From positions 1 through 55,137 of the IMG/VR virus record IMGVR_UViG_3300032327_000495: a stretch of DNA of 55,137 bases; one strand, written 5' to 3'. Shown here one piece after another: positions 8,442-17,077 of this stretch. The notes beneath the pieces were generated by a model. That model saw only the letters and a list, made by a program, of their open reading frames with translations. It did no database searches and was not told where the DNA came from. The number at the start of each line of letters is the position of its first letter. The stretch's first letter is position 1. Position numbers and translations under genes: made by a program. This DNA comes from a virus (Duplodnaviria; Caudoviricetes).

Positions 8442-9992
8442 TCATTCTCCTAATATTTTTGAAATTTCATCATCACTATCTTCAATGATTTCATCAACTT
8501 CGGGTTCATTGTTTACTTCAAACAATTGGTCAAACATTGTCATAGCATTCATTGTTTTTTTACCACTAAAGCCCTGACTACCAGATTTCATCTGCATCCA
8601 GAAGCTACTATGTGATTCTATCATGTCTAGACTCTTTTGTCTATCTTTTTGTGCAAATATCTTGTCTACAATTTCACCGAAATGTTCATCATCAAATTGA
8701 TTCATGACCATTTTTGGCATAATGCCCTGTTCATATTTACGATTTGCTTCTTGGACTGCGGTCATATGAGTATACACATTATGACTTTGCAATAATGTAT
8801 AACTTAATGTGTCCCAGCTTGTTTTGGTTTCTTTACCGTGCTGACCAATAAATCCTTGACCCCTGAAACAAAGGTCCTTCATGGTCATAAGGTCGGTTAC
8901 TGGACTATCAGTGAAGACTTTGTGAATACCATCTTGCAACACACCATCACTAAACTTGCGATTGTCATTGGCATAACTTTTCTTTTCGGCAGTTTTTTCC
9001 ATACTGTATGCCCACTTTTTATTGTGTTCAATACTGTTGTTGAAATATGCTAGACCTTTAGCCGCACTAAAGAACGGACTCGCACAGTCAAATGTAATCT
9101 GAAGTTTAGGGTTGTGATACTTACGTATAGCTTTTTGAATATCGGTAAAGAGTACCGCATACTCTAAGATAGATACACCCAAACAGTGAATCAAATCATG
9201 CTTGCCTTCAACTAACAATCCATCATGGATAATGTTAACTAATCTACGCAACATCAAGTGTACGTCAATTTTGTTTTGACCACCAAATGCCCAACCATTA
9301 AAGTGATTATCGGGATAAATGTTCGGGTCACAGTACTTCTTCATTTCTTCATACCAGTCATCACTTTGTGTATGATTACGACCTTGCAATACATTTAAGA
9401 ACTTGCAGTTACCATTACGATTCTTAATGAAGTATTCATTGTTAATATGAGTGGCACTAATAGCTTCTTCAATCGTACTGATACCATGAGCACTTTTACC
9501 TGTCTTTGGATCCTTAATGTGAAAGGTAGATAAGGATTGCGAAGGGATATCTAAACACATACCATAATCCATGTACGTGTCCATCCAGTTCAATACCGCT
9601 TTACGCTTAATCATAGCACGAGGGCAGTTAGGATCTTTCCAATCAGCAGACCATTGACATTTTAGAATTTGAAATCCACCACTGTCACCCAACATGAATG
9701 TACCTGCTTCACGCTTACGAATGATAGATTCATTTGGGTCATCTTTAGTTGTATCTAAGTTAGCATGACCTGCACTGTATAAGCCCCACTTATAATAGTA
9801 AAGACCTTCTTTGCTGTTTAAGAAGTTTAGTTTCTCTACATCTCCATTAAATGCAGGCGGCACACGTTGAGGTTCAAAATAAACTTCTCCCTCACGTTGC
9901 TTACCTAAGCCGGCGATATAAAAACTACTGACCGCCGGCAAGAACAACGCCCAGTCGTTATTATGACTTGCTGATAGATTTACTTGTTCCAT
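8442..9992 (-). CDS. dpdA: TGT-fold base-exchange enzyme, probably DNA 7-deazaguanine transglycosylase (DpdA-like)
   Basis: TGT motifs in order: LGDSGGFQ, CLDIP, NVLQG, GWAFGG, IHCLGV, ITFDCAS, SHN; no CxCxxC Zn site; between the clamp and deazaguanine genes. Confidence 0.8.
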   Translation of the reverse strand: MEQVNLSASHNNDWALFLPAVSSFYIAGLGKQREGEVYFEPQRVPPAFNGDVEKLNFLNSKEGLYYYKWGLYSAGHANLDTTKDDPNESIIRKREAGTFMLGDSGGFQILKCQWSADWKDPNCPRAMIKRKAVLNWMDTYMDYGMCLDIPSQSLSTFHIKDPKTGKSAHGISTIEEAISATHINNEYFIKNRNGNCKFLNVLQGRNHTQSDDWYEEMKKYCDPNIYPDNHFNGWAFGGQNKIDVHLMLRRLVNIIHDGLLVEGKHDLIHCLGVSILEYAVLFTDIQKAIRKYHNPKLQITFDCASPFFSAAKGLAYFNNSIEHNKKWAYSMEKTAEKKSYANDNRKFSDGVLQDGIHKVFTDSPVTDLMTMKDLCFRGQGFIGQHGKETKTSWDTLSYTLLQSHNVYTHMTAVQEANRKYEQGIMPKMVMNQFDDEHFGEIVDKIFAQKDRQKSLDMIESHSSFWMQMKSGSQGFSGKKTMNAMTMFDQLFEVNNEPEVDEIIEDSDDEISKILGE

Positions 9993-10723
9993 TATTTTGC
10001 GTTAGCTGGAAGTAAGTAACGATATGTTGCTAGACCACTATCAACTGTGATTTCAGTTGCGCCTGCATCACTAATGCGAACAGTTTTGTCACCGGCTAAA
10101 TCCATGATGGCCAAAAATACTTTAACAGGCCAGTTCCATGTTTTACTCAATGTTCCATTGACAGACGCTTGAAATACAAAGTTACCACTGTGAGTTGACG
10201 GGTCACCAAAGTTAATCTTTAAGTCACCGTTAACTGTAGTCATAGTAAAATGTTCTTGTTCACTATTAGCACTTGCTTGTTTCTTAAGACGCTGAATGCC
10301 TGCAATCGTTGGCTCAAACTCAACGTTCCAAGTAGTGCCTTTGAATGTAACATTTTTAACTTTTTCCTCGACAATTGATTTACTCATTAGTCGATAGTCG
10401 TTAACAAAATCACCGTTCTTTGTTTCAAAGTGAATTGTTGATGGAATATCAACGCCGTCACGATTAGTAGTTGTTACACTAATCTTAGCATCTGTATCAT
10501 AATCATCAAAGCCTAAAATAGTTTTTAGTTTACCTAAATTAGGCATACCAAATACTCCGATAAAGTCTGCTACTGGGCTATTCAATGTACCGGACACAAT
10601 AACAGATTTGTCTTCTGCGATTGCATTGATTTGTGTTTCTGTATCGGTACCACTAACTTTAATTAAGTCTACATTACCGAGACCATGAGTGTGTTGAATT
10701 AAATCTTGTAAGTTATCTTTCAT
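9992..10723 (-). CDS. DNA sliding clamp (gp45-like)
   Basis: 243 aa alternating beta/alpha pattern, C-terminal YRYLLPA; near polB; clamp loader also in the window. Confidence 0.7.
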   Translation of the reverse strand: MKDNLQDLIQHTHGLGNVDLIKVSGTDTETQINAIAEDKSVIVSGTLNSPVADFIGVFGMPNLGKLKTILGFDDYDTDAKISVTTTNRDGVDIPSTIHFETKNGDFVNDYRLMSKSIVEEKVKNVTFKGTTWNVEFEPTIAGIQRLKKQASANSEQEHFTMTTVNGDLKINFGDPSTHSGNFVFQASVNGTLSKTWNWPVKVFLAIMDLAGDKTVRISDAGATEITVDSGLATYRYLLPANAK

Positions 10724-10741
10724 GTTTTTCCTTTGTATACC

Positions 10742-10793
10742 TATTTAGGCAGTTTATGTTATCTATTATAGTGGGGTTTATTGCAAATTGCAA
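10742..10793 (-). promoter_or_regulatory. tandem sigma70-like and late promoters for the clamp-dpdA operon
   Basis: TTGCAA-17-TATAAT (10793-10765) and TAAATA (10742-10747). Confidence 0.65.
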
Positions 10794-10822
10794 TAGCAAT
10801 TTACCCTTTTATAAATATTAGT

Positions 10823-11461
10823 ATGTTTAAAAAAATTTTATGCATCGGGTGTAGTCTTACTTACGGTGAAGAATTACAATCACCATCACAAACATCATGG
10901 CCATCATTATTGGGTCAGATAAATGATTGGGATGTAACCAACGCCGGAAAATATAGAAGTAGTAATGACAGAATCATCAGAGTTGCATTTGAAGAATTAG
11001 ATAATAAATACGATCTAGTTATAATAGCGTGGTCACAAATTTCTAGATTTGAGATTATGCAAAATTCTAACTATAGAGATGTAAGTATAAATTGTCCTAC
11101 TATACGAAATTTCAAATGGGCTGAAGAATATTACAAATACTACTATGATCTTAATGATAGTTACCGTAAATGTCTACAGCAAATAATTTTACTTCAAAGT
11201 TATATGGAGAAGATAAATCAACCATATATTTTTTGCAACGCTTTTTCAGATTTGTCTAATCTTCCTAAAATTGATAACATTATGTCACTGGCATCAAAAG
11301 TAGACACCAAATACTATTTGGGCTGGATGTCCGATTCTATTATGGATTGGACTAAGTTTACTCCGCACGGTCCCGGACATCATCCGCTTGAGGAGGGACA
11401 TGTCATCATAGCCGATAAAATTAATAATTTTATACATAAGGTCTATCCTAATCAAATGTAA
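10823..11461 (+). CDS. SGNH/GDSL hydrolase-like protein
   Basis: IGCSLTYG block I, NAG...SN, GHHPLEEGH; TATAAATA at 10810-10817, 5 nt before ATG 10823. Confidence 0.75.
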   Translation: MFKKILCIGCSLTYGEELQSPSQTSWPSLLGQINDWDVTNAGKYRSSNDRIIRVAFEELDNKYDLVIIAWSQISRFEIMQNSNYRDVSINCPTIRNFKWAEEYYKYYYDLNDSYRKCLQQIILLQSYMEKINQPYIFCNAFSDLSNLPKIDNIMSLASKVDTKYYLGWMSDSIMDWTKFTPHGPGHHPLEEGHVIIADKINNFIHKVYPNQM

Positions 11462-14165
11462 ATAAATCATCAAACGTACTGTTAGTATCTGTATTAGAAC
11501 GAATGTCCCATTCTAGCACGCCTAATAAGTTATCAATCTTTTCATCTACCAATGTCTTTTCCATTTCAGCATCATCAAATGGTAAATCAGTAAACCATTT
11601 AGGTAATCTTAATTCATCCACTGGATAGGCAATGCTTGTAAATCCTAGTGCATTTGATTTGAGTTTACAAACAATAACTTTCATACCATCGATGATTTGT
11701 TGACTATATTGGTCACTGTTAACTCTACGCAAGTAGTTGTAATTAAGTGCCGCACGAACGTGCCCGGGCATATTAGCACGACCTGTCGCACTCTTAGATT
11801 CTAAGTCACCATAGTATGTAAGTTTGTTTACACCTTTGGGAGAACCTTTAGTCCAACTATCTTGTGCAGTTAGTATACGCTTGAAATCTTTGACAGCACC
11901 AATCACATCATCACGTCCTTTACCTTGTTGAAGAACCATACCCAATACATTCATTAAGAATTCTTGTACATACTTTGGAGTATCAGCACGTTTCAAGTCA
12001 AGGCCCATAGCTTTGATATCACCTAGCTTGCCGTCACTATCTTTGCGCTTACCTTCTTTATCAAAGATGTTGATAGCATAACGCTTCTTGACGATAAAGA
12101 TAGCACGATCACCGATCAGTTCACGACCAGCCTTAATAATCTCACCATTCTTTCGAGGAGCATGAAATGCTTTCTCCATGAATGCTGGGAAACTATCGTT
12201 TGCTTGGTCAGCAATACCATCGTACAAGCCGATACAAGTTTCTTTATTCCATTCTAATGCACCGGATTCAATCTGAGGCTTAAGTGTTGGATATGCAGTA
12301 AAGTAACATGAGTCAGTATCACCATACACAATTGCATTGCCTTCATGTGAATAGACACCTTCAACTGTTTCATTGATAGTACTCATCATGTGTTTAACAA
12401 TCTGACGACCACTTAATGTAACACTTTGACCAATACGCTTATCGTAGAAACGACAATGTTCGTTTAGTAGTGCGCCATATGCAGAGTTAAGCAAAATCTT
12501 GCGAACCAGTTGTCGCTTATCCCAATACTCTCTATCAGCATCAGTCGTTGCTTCTTTTAGTTTCTTCTGCATACTTTTACGATCACTGTACCATCGTGTA
12601 AGTAGACCGGGTACAACACCTTCTTTTTCATAAGTAAAGATTGTACCATTTGCACTTAGCATCCAGGGGCGATGACTATCAAAGACCAATTTCCATATCT
12701 CTGCCGCGCTCATTTCTTCACTACGACCATCTTCATAGTCTACTGTAAGTATAGTACCACGCTCTTGATTCATGATAGATGTGTACTCTAACGCACCGAA
12801 CAAGTTTTCCCATAGAATACTACCTGTTACTGCATCGTCACCCTCTTTAGCACGTTTCTTTTCACTTGCTAAACGATGACCTTTATCGTCCATATATTGG
12901 TCAGTTAATGTTTGTCTAACTTGTGCGACAATCGTTTCTCCACCCATGTTGAGGGCACGAATAACCGAGGGATAGAGTGAGTTAATGTCAACTGCTCCGA
13001 CATATTCGTGCATTCCCTTTTTGGGCGTAGCAACAAAGGCACCTGCTGCCTGCTGGACTTCTTCTGCATTTTCAACCTTTCGTTTTTTATCCGGAACTAC
13101 TAGCCCACGTTCGTGAGCCTCATTAAAAATTGCCATTTCAATCATAGCCACTGAACCCATAACTGTTGGGAGCAGTACTGTGTTCTCATGTGCAAGTTGA
13201 TTTGCTAATTCTAAAAACTTAAGTTTGTTGTGAATCTTTACCAACAACATTGTATCTTGTCTGTTGTATTCAATAAACTTTTTAAAGTCTTTGTTATACA
13301 ACTGGTCAAGTGTACCTTCATATTGTGTTTTGTTCTCACCTACTTCCATCTCACCGATACTGTCAAGTTTATAACTGTGGCGTGATTCATAGTTATACTT
13401 TTTGTACAACTGTAAATAGTCCAAATGAATACGACCTACTAAGTCATAAGTTGTTTCGCTTTTACCAAATCGTTCGTACTCTCTGGCCTTAGGCAGTTGA
13501 CCCATCAAACAAAACTTGCGTGTGTCATCTTTACTCATTACTCTAGTAACACGATTGACCATATATGGAATATCATAGCCCTCTGAGTTCCAACCAGTCA
13601 ATACATCAGCATCTTCAATGAGTTGAAAGAAAACATCAAACATTTCCTTCTCTGTTTTGAAAAGCATTGTGTTTTCAAATTCATTTACAATTTCGTTTGC
13701 TGTTTCACTTGTCATATGCTTGGGCGCAATAACAAGAGTAATACATTGATCGAGCCAATCTAAATAACAACTAATCGCAGTTACAGGATTGAATGGGTCA
13801 CTTGTGGGACTGAATCCTTTAACAGGATCAAAGTCTACTTCAATGTCAAAGAAGCAAGTGTGAAGTTTAGGGGCATCAACGCCCAGATAGTTTTCACTTA
13901 AACAACGAAAGACTACCGGCACATCACTTTCAAATAATTTCTTACCTGAGTGAATACGCTTTTCTTTTTCAAACTCTGTGCGTTTGCGTGTACTGAAACG
14001 ACTGACCGGATCACCATAGATACTACGCTGTTTGCCTTTGGGATCGGGATAGTATAACACATAATTAGTAGGATATTCTTTGTACTGGCGTTTGCCATTA
14101 CTATCTCTTTCAACTACATATATTCTGTCCTCATCCCTGCTATGGATGGCATCCACATAACTCAT
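11448..14165 (-). CDS. family B DNA polymerase (gp43-like) with 3'-5' exonuclease
   Basis: FFDIE, GWNSEGYD, YNRQD; DINSLYPS, KILLNSAYG, YGDTDS, KKRY; no intein. Confidence 0.97.
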   Translation of the reverse strand: MSYVDAIHSRDEDRIYVVERDSNGKRQYKEYPTNYVLYYPDPKGKQRSIYGDPVSRFSTRKRTEFEKEKRIHSGKKLFESDVPVVFRCLSENYLGVDAPKLHTCFFDIEVDFDPVKGFSPTSDPFNPVTAISCYLDWLDQCITLVIAPKHMTSETANEIVNEFENTMLFKTEKEMFDVFFQLIEDADVLTGWNSEGYDIPYMVNRVTRVMSKDDTRKFCLMGQLPKAREYERFGKSETTYDLVGRIHLDYLQLYKKYNYESRHSYKLDSIGEMEVGENKTQYEGTLDQLYNKDFKKFIEYNRQDTMLLVKIHNKLKFLELANQLAHENTVLLPTVMGSVAMIEMAIFNEAHERGLVVPDKKRKVENAEEVQQAAGAFVATPKKGMHEYVGAVDINSLYPSVIRALNMGGETIVAQVRQTLTDQYMDDKGHRLASEKKRAKEGDDAVTGSILWENLFGALEYTSIMNQERGTILTVDYEDGRSEEMSAAEIWKLVFDSHRPWMLSANGTIFTYEKEGVVPGLLTRWYSDRKSMQKKLKEATTDADREYWDKRQLVRKILLNSAYGALLNEHCRFYDKRIGQSVTLSGRQIVKHMMSTINETVEGVYSHEGNAIVYGDTDSCYFTAYPTLKPQIESGALEWNKETCIGLYDGIADQANDSFPAFMEKAFHAPRKNGEIIKAGRELIGDRAIFIVKKRYAINIFDKEGKRKDSDGKLGDIKAMGLDLKRADTPKYVQEFLMNVLGMVLQQGKGRDDVIGAVKDFKRILTAQDSWTKGSPKGVNKLTYYGDLESKSATGRANMPGHVRAALNYNYLRRVNSDQYSQQIIDGMKVIVCKLKSNALGFTSIAYPVDELRLPKWFTDLPFDDAEMEKTLVDEKIDNLLGVLEWDIRSNTDTNSTFDDLFTFD

Positions 14166-14428
14166 AAAGTTTTACCGACTGTTTCAAGAATAGTGTTAAG
14201 TTCTTCGTGGTCTTTGTTGGTCTGACCTAGACTTGCTTTGTGTGCAATACGAACTGCTTTCTTTAAGGTAGAAGCCTTGATTTCAAGTTCTTCTGCTACT
14301 GCTTTAATTGTATCGTTCAATCCACCTTGCAATGTATCAATTTCATGCATGACACTCATGCCCTCGTTGATAAGTTGTGTTAGTTTAATCTTTGCGTCAC
14401 CATTAAATGTTCTGTTATAGTCTGACAT
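14162..14428 (-). CDS. dsDNA-binding protein (T4 DsbA/GapR-like)
   Basis: 88 aa helical; IKAVAEELEIKASTLKKAVRIAHK pattern. Confidence 0.6.
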   Translation of the reverse strand: MSDYNRTFNGDAKIKLTQLINEGMSVMHEIDTLQGGLNDTIKAVAEELEIKASTLKKAVRIAHKASLGQTNKDHEELNTILETVGKTL

Positions 14429-14451
14429 AGGTTTTCCTTAAATAATTAGTT

Positions 14452-14480
14452 AGTATACTTGGCACATGTAAAGAAGTCAA
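14452..14480 (-). promoter_or_regulatory. sigma70-like promoter for the dsbA-like/polB operon
   Basis: TTGACT-17 nt-TATACT. Confidence 0.75.
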
Positions 14481-15073
14481 GCATTTCGTTTACCTTCTAC
14501 AATCTTTTTTACCAAAGTATGAATGCCCGGATTGACCTTCAATACATGCGGCATCATTTCATTGCGGATGTAATTTCTTGTATATTTAATATCTTGATTT
14601 GAGTTATCCTCAATCCATGGAACATTATGTTGCTGGCACCAACGAATGAATTCATTCTTTCGTGTAGTTAAGAATGGTCTTAATACATTATTTCTAACCA
14701 GTGGGATAACTTTACTTGTACCATGAAGACTTGACCAAACATATGTTTCAACGCAATCATCTAAGTGATGGCAAGTAATTGTTGGACCAAGTTCACTTAA
14801 AAAATCATAGCGTTCTCTACGCCAATATTCTTCCATTGATTCGTTTATGCCACGCTTACTACGACATGTTCCATAAAGCAACGGGATATTGTTTTCTGAA
14901 CAATAAGTAGCAACAAACTTGCTTGCTTCTTTTCCATGTTCTGTTCTATGATTAAAATGGGCAATTGTTACTTCGTGTTTTCGTTTGAGAAAGTCAACAA
15001 TAGCCATACTATCAACACCACCACTACATGCAATAGTAACTTGTTTGGGTAAGGGAACGGTGATTTTAATCAT
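14477..15073 (-). CDS. tilS: tRNA(Ile)-lysidine synthetase, N-terminal catalytic domain only
   Basis: CSGGVDS PP-loop, AHFNH, RRERY, TCHHLDDCVET, RPFL, WIEDNSN, YTRNYIR. Confidence 0.88.
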   Translation of the reverse strand: MIKITVPLPKQVTIACSGGVDSMAIVDFLKRKHEVTIAHFNHRTEHGKEASKFVATYCSENNIPLLYGTCRSKRGINESMEEYWRRERYDFLSELGPTITCHHLDDCVETYVWSSLHGTSKVIPLVRNNVLRPFLTTRKNEFIRWCQQHNVPWIEDNSNQDIKYTRNYIRNEMMPHVLKVNPGIHTLVKKIVEGKRNA

Positions 15074-15079
15074 CTATAC

Positions 15080-15108
15080 ATTATAGCACAGATTGAATTA
15101 TAAATCAA
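15080..15108 (-). promoter_or_regulatory. sigma70-like promoter, leaderless tilS
   Basis: TTGATT-17-TATAAT (extended TG), 6 nt to ATG, no SD. Confidence 0.7.
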
Positions 15109-15502
15109 GTATCATTAATGGGTTATTGCCCGCAGTACCTACTACTTCAAATCCAAAACCCTCATACCATTCGACTAAGTCGAATGGGTTATCTTCATCA
15201 GTATCTGAAACCAGTATAATTGCATCTGCACCATCATTGGCTGCGTCATCTATTGCGTTGCCTACCAAATCATTGCCGATGCCCTGACCGCGATAGTCAT
15301 CATCAACATACATATTTCTGATTAGACCCAAAGTTTTGTATTTTTTTGTAATATGATTTATTAATTCAGGTGTGACACCCTGACTTTGTAGGTAATTGCT
15401 AATATTAGGTTTGTCAGTAGATACAACATAACCTTCTAGTGAGCCACCTTCAGTATGTTGTGATATTGATTTCTGCTCAGTGATAAATTCGAACGATTTC
15501 AT
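15098..15502 (-). CDS. GNAT acetyltransferase with a capsid-targeting-like N-terminus
   Basis: MYVDDDYRGQGIG motif A, WYEGFGF; N-terminus MKSFEFITE. Confidence 0.85.
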   Translation of the reverse strand: MKSFEFITEQKSISQHTEGGSLEGYVVSTDKPNISNYLQSQGVTPELINHITKKYKTLGLIRNMYVDDDYRGQGIGNDLVGNAIDDAANDGADAIILVSDTDEDNPFDLVEWYEGFGFEVVGTAGNNPLMILDL

Positions 15503-16074
15503 TGAAAGATGTGATGATTTTTCTCACCATAAATCTTGATATATTTTCCAGCCAATAGGTCGGCCATTGCTTCGATTGGGCTACCAGGATAACTGTCGCC
15601 CGGCTTAATCATATCTAGCTCACCTTGACGGACATGAACCAATTCATGGAATACGGTTCGCAATATATCTACTAAGTTACGGTTATTAACATATACCCAA
15701 ATTTTAGATGAACCCATTTGATGACCACCGGTATGATGATTATTTTGGGCTTCTTCTGTATCCATACTTAATTCAATTTTGGGCTTGTTTTTAATATGTA
15801 ACGTTTCACATGCCCAATCACAAAATTTATCAACTTCATTTTTTAAAGTAGAGTCAACATCATTCTCATCTAATTTATTTTTAATCCAGTTGTCAGGAGT
15901 AAGATGAAATTTGCGAACAAATAAATCATGCAGTGCTTTACCAGTAATATTGTGCTGTTTAGCTACCGTCTTCATTAATCTATCAATGGTATTATAGTCG
16001 TGTTTTTCTAAACTAGGCAATTTTTTTGCTAGTTGTTTTGCTGCTGATTCTGATAGTACTTCAGTAAATCTCAT
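15499..16074 (-). CDS. two-module protein with a C-terminal HEXXH zincin-like peptidase domain
   Basis: LRTVFHELVHVRQ...PIEAMAD; N-terminus MRFTEVLSE; internal KLDE. Confidence 0.65.
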   Translation of the reverse strand: MRFTEVLSESAAKQLAKKLPSLEKHDYNTIDRLMKTVAKQHNITGKALHDLFVRKFHLTPDNWIKNKLDENDVDSTLKNEVDKFCDWACETLHIKNKPKIELSMDTEEAQNNHHTGGHQMGSSKIWVYVNNRNLVDILRTVFHELVHVRQGELDMIKPGDSYPGSPIEAMADLLAGKYIKIYGEKNHHIFQ

Positions 16075-16106
16075 TTAATTAAATAGTTATTTTGATAATA
16101 TATTTA

Positions 16107-16547
16107 TCAATTACACCAGCTTTGTTTTGCATCACCGTAGTACTCTCGTGCAAAACCGTTTTGAATCAGCATTGCACGAAGGCTTTGTCCGTTCAATAAT
16201 ATATCACCTAATACTCGTCCACCAAACTTGTCCCATGCATACAATGTTACTTGGCGTTTTTGTGCAGCAGCAACTGCGTCTTTAGTAAATTTACTTGCAG
16301 CTTGACCTTTAGCATCTTCTTCTGGACATTTTGCTCTGAATCCTTTTTCAGGAGTATCAACTCCATATATACGAATTGCCAATTCAGGCTTTAATGGTTG
16401 TGGTAAAAACGGAGCTGCAATTACAATAGTATCACCGTCAGATACTCTTATTATGTTTGCATCATATGTAACACCTTGAGGTGTTTTTTGTGCTACTGCC
16501 ACCGTAGTAGATATTGCAAGCAATATTGTTATTAAAATCTTTTTCAT
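16107..16547 (-). CDS. thermonuclease (SNase-like) with signal peptide
   Basis: MKKILITILLAISTTVAVA; SDGDT, RIYGVDTPE, DKFGGRVLG. Confidence 0.88.
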   Translation of the reverse strand: MKKILITILLAISTTVAVAQKTPQGVTYDANIIRVSDGDTIVIAAPFLPQPLKPELAIRIYGVDTPEKGFRAKCPEEDAKGQAASKFTKDAVAAAQKRQVTLYAWDKFGGRVLGDILLNGQSLRAMLIQNGFAREYYGDAKQSWCN

Positions 16548-16589
16548 TTTTTCTCTTATTGTTTTTTTATTAAGTTATACCTAACGATA

Positions 16590-17030
16590 TTACTCACGTT
16601 CTGTTTTTAATGTTGAACGAATGAACCATGCTTTCTTACCATATAGGTCTTGTAATTCAGCCATATAGTTTTCGATACCGTGTTGATTCTCATTAGCTGC
16701 CTCGTCAAACATTGCTGTTACTAACTGAAGCATTGTTTCACAGTCTTGTAGTGATTCAACAAACATTAATTCAGCACGTGGAATCTTTATTTGATCTTGA
16801 ATGATACTTAGTTCTGTATAGCGAGTTAAGCTACCAGGTGTATAATGACCTAATATTCTGATATACTCAGCAATAGGATCAATAGTAGCACTTACATCAC
16901 CGTACAATGTGTCAAAGAATTCATGGTACTGTGGAAAGTTACTACCTTCAACATTCCAATGAAAGTTTTGTGTTTTAATAGCAAACGCTTGTGTACTGGC
17001 TAATAGTACTTTTAAGTTATCTGATAACAT
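16590..17030 (-). CDS. dps: Dps/ferritin-like DNA protection protein
   Basis: KTQNFHWNVEG, HEFFD, IDPIAEYIRILG, KKAWFIRS. Confidence 0.9.
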   Translation of the reverse strand: MLSDNLKVLLASTQAFAIKTQNFHWNVEGSNFPQYHEFFDTLYGDVSATIDPIAEYIRILGHYTPGSLTRYTELSIIQDQIKIPRAELMFVESLQDCETMLQLVTAMFDEAANENQHGIENYMAELQDLYGKKAWFIRSTLKTERE

Positions 17031-17077
17031 TATTTTGGGTATCCTTTTCTATTCCAATAAAAATCATAGTCTTTCAT
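17030..17077 (-). CDS. 15-aa mini-ORF MKDYDFYWNRKGYPK
   Basis: ATGA overlap with the upstream stop and TAATG overlap with the dps start; fills the gap exactly. Confidence 0.45.
   Translation of the reverse strand: MKDYDFYWNRKGYPK

Noticed and set aside
8442-9992. Ordinary tRNA-guanine transglycosylase (tgt) for queuosine
   Set aside because: Lacks the CxCxxC Zn site, is longer, is coupled to the clamp, and no queF/queA is present; a DNA substrate is favoured but not proven
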